Shown here: in pieces, positions 56,271 to 64,000 of the stretch
How the letters are laid out: every line of letters starts with the position of its first letter
Position numbering within the stretch: position 1 is the first letter of the stretch
From: Candidatus Latescibacterota bacterium
GTDB lineage: Bacteria > Latescibacterota > UBA2968 > GCA-2709665
Length of the DNA stretch: 64,000 bases
Reading direction: 5' to 3'
NCBI GenBank assembly: GCA_963667175.2
Contig: CAXXXF010000006.1
Location: 448,001-512,000, forward strand
Notes under the pieces: generated by a model
Databases searched by the model: none
Seen by the model: only the letters and a program-made list of their open reading frames with translations
What the model was told of the DNA's origin: nothing
Translations under genes and position numbers: made by a program

Positions 56271-59200
56271 ATGCTGCGCAAACTCGGCGGCGCGATTCTG
56301 TGGTTGATCGCGATTTTTATGCTTTCGTCGGTGACCGTGTTCAATCCGGGACAGGTAACCGACTTTTTTATTCGTGTTTTCAATATCAAGCCGAGCGTTC
56401 CGCAGATGCGTGAGGAGAAGCCCTCCGAACGAGACGAACGCATCCAGGACTTCGCCGATGGGATCTCGGAGGAAGGTCTCCGGGAAACCGTTTCGGCTCT
56501 GGCCGGAATGGGATCTCGCGTACCGGGGTATCCGGGGCACAGGAAGGCCTTTGAATACGTAAAAAACCGCTTCGAGGCCCTGGGCCTGGAAGATATCACG
56601 GTCGAGGAACACCACGTCACGGCGCCCATTGACAAGGGAGCGACTCTGGAGGTTCCGGAAACGGGACTCGCGATCAGGTTGTACGGGCTTTGGCCCAACC
56701 ACGTACAAACGCCTTCTCTGCCGGAGGGCGGCGTTTCCGGAGCACTGATCGACGCCGGGGACGGTACCTTCAAAGCGCTGAATTCAAAGCCGGTGGAGAA
56801 CAGCATCGCGCTGATGCAATTCGACTGCGGCCAGAACTATCTCAACCCCCGCATGCTGGGCGCGCAGGCCGTCATCTTCTACGACAACGGCGGCGTAAGC
56901 AGAGGACAGGCCCTGGAGAAAATCCTCCAGGTACCGGTCGACGTGCCCAGGTTCTGGGTGGAGAAGGACGACGCTGTCCGTCTCGCGGCGCTCGCACAGT
57001 CCAATGCCACGCTCGTGAGGGTGACGTCCAGAATGGTCTGGGAAAAGGTCCCCACGTGGAATATCCACGCCACACTGCCCGGCTCCGACGCTTTCGTCAC
57101 GGAACGTGAAGAACGGAAGTGGAAGGACGAGATGGTTGTCCTGAGTTCATTTTACGACGCCGTCTCCGTCGTGCCCGCATTGGCGCCGGGCGCGGAAAAC
57201 GCCACCGGGCTGGCTGCCCTGCTGGAAGTCGCGGCAGCGCTGAAAGACGAATCGTGGCTCGACGAATCCTCGCGTCTGGCGAAACTGCCTCGATACACGG
57301 TGAAATTCCTGGTTACCGGCGCTCACTTCCAGGGGTTGGCCGGGATCAATGACTTTCTGTTCAGGCATTCCAGGGAAAGCGACCACTTCCGGGAGAAGAT
57401 TCCGGACGATCAGAAGATTGACTTCCGGCTCTTCGTCGGCTTCGACCTGTCGAGTGAGACGGACCGGATCGCCAGCTTCTCTCACGGTACGTTTATCAAC
57501 CCGAACTGGTCAACCAACAACTACGAAAACAACCTGCTTGCGCCCTACGCGAAGAAATTCAACAAATACCTGGCCAAGGTCTATCCCGGCGAAGCGCGTC
57601 ACGTAGACGCCGTCGCGCCGCCGAAGCGAACCTGGAAGAACTACATGCCCGTCCGGCTGGGATTCGACAGCGAGGCGGTCAAATTCGTCGGCAAGGAAGG
57701 CATTACCCTGGCCAGCCCGTCCACAACGCGTGAAAAGGTGGACACGCCCGTCGACCGGGTGGAATTCGTCAACTTCCCCAACCTGGCCCTTCAGACCCGT
57801 ACGGCGACCGGCATGCTGCTGAAAGCCCTGGAAGATCCTGAATTCTTCCGGGTGTCCAAACTCAAACTTCAGGACCTCGGGCACAGTATGAAGGGGCGTA
57901 TCCTCTGGTTCGAACGGGATGCCGATTTCGCAATTCCTCGCGTGCCCGTACCGGGGGCCATCGTCACGTATCAGCAACCCGGGCCGGTTGCCAGCTGCGG
58001 CGGTGTACGGACCCTCATTGTGGACAAGACCACGGAGGGCCCGAGATACGTGGGCGATCGTTCCCGGGGGCCCATGGTCGGCACGAAGGAGGAAGTGGAG
58101 GCCACCGGCCGATTTCAGTTCGACATTATGCGCAACCGGTTTACGAACCAGATACTGGCGTATGAAATCGACGATAGCGGCAGAATCATTTCGGCGCCGG
58201 ACCTCGGCACGGAAGGAGAGGAGAAGTTCCCCACGCGGCAGGGTTACGGCTGGTGGGAGAACGAGATGCTGGCGGTCCTTTTCAAGTGCCGTTCTCTCAG
58301 CGTATTTGAAATCATCGATTCCAGTTATCTTTCGGCGCTCGACTTCATGACCGTGCTGAACCCTGGCGACTCCCAGCCGATGGAATACGGGTACTATTAT
58401 ATAGAAAATCAGAGCATCAAGGAGGGCGACGTCACGCGGGCGGCGGTCGCGTTTACCGCGATGAACCCCACAACCGGCAGTCCCGATCCCATCAAGATTC
58501 TGATGAGCACGGGCCTTTTCGGTGTAAAATACCTGCTGACAAACGCCCCGGAAGCGTTGCTGGAACAGCCGGTGGACAAGTGGGACGTGGACGACGAACT
58601 CCTGGAGTTGTCGCGCGGCGCGGGATATCCTCCCGGCGTTATCCTCCATCCTTCGTACAAGGCTGCCAAGGATATGTGGGTGGTCGACGATATCCGGATG
58701 AAACAGCTTGCGCAGTACGGAATTACGAACGCCCGTCTGGAAAAGCTGCACACCCATGCGGCCGACGCGTTGAAGCGGGCGCGTGAACATCTGGCCAACC
58801 ACGACTACGAAGGGTTTATTGCCGCGTCGAGAGAGGCATGGGGTCTGGAAGCACGCGGGTATCCTGAGGTCATGTCCACCGCAAACGACACCGTCCGCGG
58901 CATTATCTTTTATTTCATCCTCCTGCTGCCGTTTTCCTTTTTCTGCGAGCGGCTGCTGTTCGGTTTTCCGGATATCACCCGCCGTCTGGTCGGTTTCGCG
59001 GGAATCTTCGTGCTGTTTTTCATCATCCTTCGATACGTCCATCCGGCATTCAAGCTGAGCAGCACGCCCTACATCATTTTTCTCGCTTTCGTGATCATGG
59101 CGCTGGGCGGCATTGCGATGTTCATTGTCGTTTCCAAATTCGGCGAAGAGGTCCGGAAGATGAAACAGGCTTCGGCGGGAACCTACGAGGCCGACGTGGG

Positions 59201-61067
59201 TCGGTTGAGCGCGACCGCCGCTTCCATCATTCTGGGCATTTCCAATCTGCGAAAACGTCCTCTCCGCACCGGACTGACCGCCATCACCCTCACGCTGCTT
59301 ACGTTTACGGCGCTATCGTTCACGTCGGTACAGACGTCGATAAAATTCTACCGGTTGCCGAGGGACAACCAGCCGCCGTACCAGGGAGGACTGGTGCGGG
59401 ATCGGTCCTGGCGGGGTTTGCAGGAATCCGTGCTTCAGTACCTGACCAGCGCGTTCAAAGGCCGGGCGACCATCGTTCCCCGTGCGTGGTACCTTTCTCA
59501 GGTACGGGGCGAACGGGCGTACGTCAATTTCTCCCGCGTCACCGAGCAGACCTCGTACCTCGGCTCCAGGGACACCTACGTCGACTTCGACGTGGGCATC
59601 ACCACCGGAAAAGACAGTTTTGTAAACGGATTACTGGGCCTCACCGCGGATGAACCGGAAATTACCGGGGTCGACCGCTATCTGATGAGCGGGCGATGGT
59701 TCGATCCCGGAGAAACAGACGTGTGCATTCTGCCGAACGACCTGGCGGAGCTTGTGGGCATTTTTCCGGAGGACGCCGGTACCGCGCAGATCGAAATGTT
59801 GGGCAAGGTCTTCACCGTCATTGGAATTGTGGACTCCGAGGGATTCAACAAATACAAGGATATGGACGACGAAAAGCTGACGCCGGTGGATACCGTAAAG
59901 GAAAAGGACGACCTGGCGGACGCCCAGGACCAGGATCCGCGGGTTGTCGCAGCGGCTCCGATCGAGACGTTTACGCATCTGGAATCGACCAACGTGATGA
60001 TATTGCCGTATGATTACGTGCGGAATATCGGAGGCACGCTCAACTCCGTCGCTCTGTCGAACTTCGTTGACTCCCAGGGCAACGCCAGGGCGAACTTCCT
60101 GCCGGACGTCGAAGAATTCATGACCCGCGTGTCCCTGACCATGTTCGTGGGCCATGAGAACAAGGTCACCGTATACAGTTCCATCGGGTCCACGTCTCTA
60201 TCCGGACTGGGCACGCTCTTCATTCCCATTCTGATCGCTGCGCTGATTGTGCTGAATACCATGATGGGCGCCGTGTACGAACGCTTCAACGAAATCGGCA
60301 TTTATTCGGCGGTGGGACTGGCGCCCAATCACATCGCGGCGCTGTTCCTGGCCGAGGCGACGGTATTCGCCACGGTCGGCGCCGTCTTCGGATATCTGAT
60401 CGGACAGGTGCTGGTCCTTGTGTTGTTTACCCAGGCGCAGGCCCAGGGACAGCTACTCAGCCTGGAGTTGAATTATTCTTCGTTGTCGGCCATTTCCTCG
60501 ACGTTGATCGTCATGGCAACGGTTTTCCTCTCTACGCTGTACCCCGCGAAGAAGGCCGCCGATATGGCCGTGCCGGACGTGACGCGGAAGTGGGAGTTTC
60601 CGGAGCCCGAAGGCGACAGATGGGTATTCGACTTTCCATTTACGGTTGGCGGCTCGGAAGTCCTGGGAATGTACACCTACCTGACCCGTGTCTTCGAGTC
60701 GTACGGCGAGGGTTCAGTCGGCGACTTCGTGGCCGATTACGTCCGGTTCACGTCGCGGGACATGGAGGGAGAACCGCAGTACGAAATCAACCTCACGTGC
60801 TGGCTTGCGCCTTACGATCTGGGCATCAGCCAGGAGGTGGCGCTGCTGGCCATCCCAACGAGAGAATACAACATTTACAAGATCGAGGTGGTGATCAACC
60901 GGCTCAGCGGTGACGTGGCGTCCTGGAAGCGGATCAACCGGGGGTTCCTGAACGTGCTCCGTAAGAGATTCCTGGTCTGGCGTACCATTCCACCCGAGCT
61001 GAAACACCAGTACGCCGACGAAGGCAAACGCATGCTTTCAGACTCCGTGGAACAGGCCGCAGTATAG
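56271..61067 (+). CDS. Giant membrane protein: M28-peptidase-like/PA domain fused to MacB/FtsX-like permease
   Basis: GSRVPGYPG, APGAENATG M28-like motifs; central TM bundle; NLRKRPLRTGLT and LNTMMGAVYERFNEIGIYSAVG FtsX signatures; AGGAG RBS before ATG 56271. Confidence 0.8.
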   Translation: MLRKLGGAILWLIAIFMLSSVTVFNPGQVTDFFIRVFNIKPSVPQMREEKPSERDERIQDFADGISEEGLRETVSALAGMGSRVPGYPGHRKAFEYVKNRFEALGLEDITVEEHHVTAPIDKGATLEVPETGLAIRLYGLWPNHVQTPSLPEGGVSGALIDAGDGTFKALNSKPVENSIALMQFDCGQNYLNPRMLGAQAVIFYDNGGVSRGQALEKILQVPVDVPRFWVEKDDAVRLAALAQSNATLVRVTSRMVWEKVPTWNIHATLPGSDAFVTEREERKWKDEMVVLSSFYDAVSVVPALAPGAENATGLAALLEVAAALKDESWLDESSRLAKLPRYTVKFLVTGAHFQGLAGINDFLFRHSRESDHFREKIPDDQKIDFRLFVGFDLSSETDRIASFSHGTFINPNWSTNNYENNLLAPYAKKFNKYLAKVYPGEARHVDAVAPPKRTWKNYMPVRLGFDSEAVKFVGKEGITLASPSTTREKVDTPVDRVEFVNFPNLALQTRTATGMLLKALEDPEFFRVSKLKLQDLGHSMKGRILWFERDADFAIPRVPVPGAIVTYQQPGPVASCGGVRTLIVDKTTEGPRYVGDRSRGPMVGTKEEVEATGRFQFDIMRNRFTNQILAYEIDDSGRIISAPDLGTEGEEKFPTRQGYGWWENEMLAVLFKCRSLSVFEIIDSSYLSALDFMTVLNPGDSQPMEYGYYYIENQSIKEGDVTRAAVAFTAMNPTTGSPDPIKILMSTGLFGVKYLLTNAPEALLEQPVDKWDVDDELLELSRGAGYPPGVILHPSYKAAKDMWVVDDIRMKQLAQYGITNARLEKLHTHAADALKRAREHLANHDYEGFIAASREAWGLEARGYPEVMSTANDTVRGIIFYFILLLPFSFFCERLLFGFPDITRRLVGFAGIFVLFFIILRYVHPAFKLSSTPYIIFLAFVIMALGGIAMFIVVSKFGEEVRKMKQASAGTYEADVGRLSATAASIILGISNLRKRPLRTGLTAITLTLLTFTALSFTSVQTSIKFYRLPRDNQPPYQGGLVRDRSWRGLQESVLQYLTSAFKGRATIVPRAWYLSQVRGERAYVNFSRVTEQTSYLGSRDTYVDFDVGITTGKDSFVNGLLGLTADEPEITGVDRYLMSGRWFDPGETDVCILPNDLAELVGIFPEDAGTAQIEMLGKVFTVIGIVDSEGFNKYKDMDDEKLTPVDTVKEKDDLADAQDQDPRVVAAAPIETFTHLESTNVMILPYDYVRNIGGTLNSVALSNFVDSQGNARANFLPDVEEFMTRVSLTMFVGHENKVTVYSSIGSTSLSGLGTLFIPILIAALIVLNTMMGAVYERFNEIGIYSAVGLAPNHIAALFLAEATVFATVGAVFGYLIGQVLVLVLFTQAQAQGQLLSLELNYSSLSAISSTLIVMATVFLSTLYPAKKAADMAVPDVTRKWEFPEPEGDRWVFDFPFTVGGSEVLGMYTYLTRVFESYGEGSVGDFVADYVRFTSRDMEGEPQYEINLTCWLAPYDLGISQEVALLAIPTREYNIYKIEVVINRLSGDVASWKRINRGFLNVLRKRFLVWRTIPPELKHQYADEGKRMLSDSVEQAAV

Positions 61068-61165
61068 CATCCCGTAAATAGGTAACGTGTATATCAGTCA
61101 CCCGGCGGGTTGACACGGACAATCTGTTTCCGGAAAAGAACCCTCGCTGCTCCCAATGAGGAGGG

Positions 61166-63220
61166 GTGGTTTTGGCAATCGATCCCAAGGATCCCAGAGA
61201 AGAGCAGGAACAGTACGAACATATCATGCCGGCGGACGCGCCGTTTGAAGATGGCTTCAATATGAAGACCCTGTGGGCGACGCTGTTCGTGGGGCTGGTG
61301 ATGCTGCCCGGCGCGATCTACCTCGGGCTGGTTACCGGACAGAATATGGCCGGCGCGTCCGAATGGGTGACCATCATCCTCTTCCTGGAGATCGCAAAGC
61401 GGTCCTTTGTGCGGCTGAAAACACAGGAGGTCCTGGTCATCTACTGGGTCGCCGGCGGGCTGCTTGGCGTGGGTGTGCGGCTGGGCAGTGCGGCGCTGGT
61501 GTACGGCGGTCCCTTCGGCGGATTGATCTGGGACCAATACCTGATCCAATCTCCGGCGGCGAGGGGCCTCGCGGATTATATCCCGGACTGGGTGGTTCCC
61601 CGGATCAGCGAACATCCGGAAATCTACGCGGAACGGACGTTTCTTCACGCCGCGTGGCTGAAGCCCATAGGCATCCTCGTCGCGTTGACGCTCTTGAGCA
61701 ATACCGCAAGACTGTCGCTTGGGTACGTGATGTTTCGTATTACGAGCGACATCGAACGGTTGCCGTTTCCGCTGGCGCCGGTACAGGCCCGCGGGGCCAC
61801 GGCGCTTGCCGAGACATCGGCCAAGCAGGAGGGCTGGAGATGGCGGGTATTCAGTACCGGCGCGTGCATCGGACTGGTCTGGGGCCTGCTCTACGTTGTT
61901 GTCCCGACGCTTTCCAGCATCTTCCTGACCGATACGGTCCAGATTCTTCCCATTCCCTGGATCGATTTTACGGAACAGATCAAAACCATCCTGCCTGCCG
62001 CGCTGTTTGGCATTGCAACCGACCTGGGACACCTGATTGTCGGATTCGTGCTGCCGTTCTGGGTGGTGATCGGGTCGTTTGCCGGCGCCGTCCTGGGCAA
62101 CCTGGTTGTCAATCCGTTTCTCTACAAATACGAGATCCTGGACCGCTGGTCTGCCGGGATGACGGCAATCCCGACGTCGATCTCCAACCAGTTCGACTTC
62201 TGGCTGAGTTTCGGAATCGGCACGTCGTTCGTCATCGCGTTCACGGGATTTTACCAGGTGTTTCGGGTGCTTGCGGAACAACGCCGTCAGAAACGGGAAA
62301 CAGGACGTCATACAACGGGCATCGACCTCGAAGACCTGCCGGAGGGCCGATCGGATATGAAGATGATCTACCCGATTCTGGCCTGGGGCGCCGCCACGCT
62401 GGGCTTCATTGTGATGTGCCAGATGCTGGTTCCTGAATTCCACTGGGGCTGGGTCGTGTTCTTCGGACTCATCTACACGCCGATATCTTCTTATATCGGC
62501 GCACGAATGATCGGCCTGACCGGAAGTCCGTACGGGGCGAGTATTCCCTACTTGCGGGAGGCGGGGATTCTTCTGTCCGGGTACAAGGGCGTCGCGGTCT
62601 GGTTCGCGCCCCTTCCCCTGCACGACCACGGCCTCGCCGTCCCCACGTATAAACAGATGGAGTTGACCAAAACGAAATTTGTCAGTTACGTGAAATTGAC
62701 CGCGGTGACCATGGTCGTCATTTTCATCTTCAGCTTCATCTTTTGGGAATTCATCTGGCGACTGGGGCCCATCCCCTCGTCAAGCTATTACTACGTGCAG
62801 ACTTTCTGGCCATACGACGCCACCATGACCACGATGTGGCTGAAGTCGACCATGCCGGACCTCGAAGGTCAGGGAACCGTTGGCGTCGAGCTCCTTAAAG
62901 ACATCATCAAGCCGGAAATCATCGGCGCGGGTTTCGCCGTCGGCGGCCTCATGTACCTGATTCTGGCCGCGTTGAAGGCGCCGACGCTGTTCTTCTTCGG
63001 ATTCGTGGGCTCGCTCGCCACGTGGCCGCATTTCGTGATTCTGCAGTTTGCCGGCGCACTGCTTGGACGATACTACTTCTCCAGGCGTTTCGGGGAATCC
63101 AAGTGGCGGGCGTACGCGCCCATCCTCCTGGCCGGATATTACTGCGGCATGGGACTCATCGGGATGACGTCGGTTTCGGTCGTGCTGATTTCAAAGGCCG
63201 TCTCCCAGGTCGTCTTCTAG
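61166..63220 (+). CDS. Polytopic membrane protein, OPT/YSL-like peptide-transporter fold
   Basis: 684 aa with many TM segments; FEDGFN, DIERLPFPLA (cf. OPT E.L.FP), YAPILLAGY..G. Confidence 0.7.
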   Translation: MVLAIDPKDPREEQEQYEHIMPADAPFEDGFNMKTLWATLFVGLVMLPGAIYLGLVTGQNMAGASEWVTIILFLEIAKRSFVRLKTQEVLVIYWVAGGLLGVGVRLGSAALVYGGPFGGLIWDQYLIQSPAARGLADYIPDWVVPRISEHPEIYAERTFLHAAWLKPIGILVALTLLSNTARLSLGYVMFRITSDIERLPFPLAPVQARGATALAETSAKQEGWRWRVFSTGACIGLVWGLLYVVVPTLSSIFLTDTVQILPIPWIDFTEQIKTILPAALFGIATDLGHLIVGFVLPFWVVIGSFAGAVLGNLVVNPFLYKYEILDRWSAGMTAIPTSISNQFDFWLSFGIGTSFVIAFTGFYQVFRVLAEQRRQKRETGRHTTGIDLEDLPEGRSDMKMIYPILAWGAATLGFIVMCQMLVPEFHWGWVVFFGLIYTPISSYIGARMIGLTGSPYGASIPYLREAGILLSGYKGVAVWFAPLPLHDHGLAVPTYKQMELTKTKFVSYVKLTAVTMVVIFIFSFIFWEFIWRLGPIPSSSYYYVQTFWPYDATMTTMWLKSTMPDLEGQGTVGVELLKDIIKPEIIGAGFAVGGLMYLILAALKAPTLFFFGFVGSLATWPHFVILQFAGALLGRYYFSRRFGESKWRAYAPILLAGYYCGMGLIGMTSVSVVLISKAVSQVVF

Positions 63221-63348
63221 TCCGCAAACCTGCATTCCACAATGGAACGCCGCCCGGATTCCGACTGTCTAATGAAGTTACCGAAGAGGGCGAATCCGGG
63301 CGGAATCACGTCCGGCCGACGTGGAACACCACTTACGGGGAGGCGAAG

Positions 63349-63822
63349 ATGAGAGTTGGTAGTGCAGTCGCGGGAATGACGCTCATTGCCTGTATGGTAT
63401 TCGCGATTGCCTTGGAGGCGACGGCACAGCCGGACAGACGCGGCGGACGTGGACGCGGCGGCCGAGGCGGAGGCGCAAGGCTTCGAATGATGCTGCCCCT
63501 CGAACAGACGCTGGGTTTTCTGGCCTTCGACAAAAAGCTCGCCTTAAAGGACAATCAGCTGATCAAGATCCGCAGCGATCTCAAGGATATCCACGCAAAG
63601 CGCGCCGAACTGGAAAAGCAGATGCGGAGCGGCGCCGACAGGCAGCAACTGATGCAGAAGCTTGGTGGGATTCGGGGCGCGATGTTTGAAAAAATAAAGG
63701 CCGTTCTGGACGATCGACAGGACAAGATTCTTGACAGATACCTGGAAAGAACGCCGCGGGGGTTTCAACGCGGACGCGGGGGCGGACGGCGGGGAGGCGG
63801 CCCTCCCGGCGGCGGCGTTTGA
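63349..63822 (+). CDS. Periplasmic helical protein, Spy/CpxP-like, with Gly/Arg-rich termini
   Basis: Signal peptide; LALKDNQ and VLDDRQ resemble the paired LTxxQ motifs; GGGGAGG RBS. Confidence 0.6.
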   Translation: MRVGSAVAGMTLIACMVFAIALEATAQPDRRGGRGRGGRGGGARLRMMLPLEQTLGFLAFDKKLALKDNQLIKIRSDLKDIHAKRAELEKQMRSGADRQQLMQKLGGIRGAMFEKIKAVLDDRQDKILDRYLERTPRGFQRGRGGGRRGGGPPGGGV

Positions 63823-63851
63823 CGCGATCATTCCCCGCAATGATCGATGAT

Positions 63852-63882
63852 ACGGCGGCTCCCGGCGGGGTCGCCGTTTTTT
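63852..63882 (+). terminator. Rho-independent terminator
   Basis: ACGGCGGCTCC-CGGC-GGGGTCGCCGT followed by a T-run. Confidence 0.7.
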
Positions 63883-64000
63883 GACAGATTCCGGGATCCA
63901 CTCAGGCGCGGCCGTACTGCTTCAAAGAAAAACAACAGGATTCTTCGAAATCTGAAAGGTTATTTTCTAAGTAGCTTCTAAGTGGCTGCGGCCTTGAGGA

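Overview
GC-rich bacterial window, most genes on the minus strand. The gene mix (GWxTD-domain proteins, PorV/PorQ-like barrels, a TonB-dependent receptor, DUF6785-type membrane protein, EF-hand/dockerin-like DxDGxGxxDxxDF repeats) suggests an FCB-group organism such as Latescibacterota; this is inference, not a database result. It contains catabolic genes (heparinase II/III-like lyase, oxidoreductases, CocE hydrolase, sulfatase, GGT), a small toxin-antitoxin-like islet, an OMP-TBDR-CTD protein-PorV operon with a structured leader, housekeeping genes (sucD, rpiA, era), a peptidase/TolB/BamA-like fusion, an L,D-transpeptidase operon, and a large M28-like/FtsX fusion followed by an OPT-like membrane protein. 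The most striking region is 41.4-44.7 kb. A complete group II intron (RT/maturase, no endonuclease) sits just downstream of a REP hairpin, followed by a dead REP-associated tyrosine transposase and a related 761-nt ORF-less group II intron. The EBS1 and candidate EBS3 of each intron match its own exons. The ORF-less intron interrupts a dispersed heptamer-repeat element, and an empty copy of that element with a perfect target site lies at 35071/35072. Intergenic regions carry many 7- and 9-nt-period repeats, REP palindromes and a TTAG-targeting MITE. No rRNA, tRNA or CRISPR array was seen.
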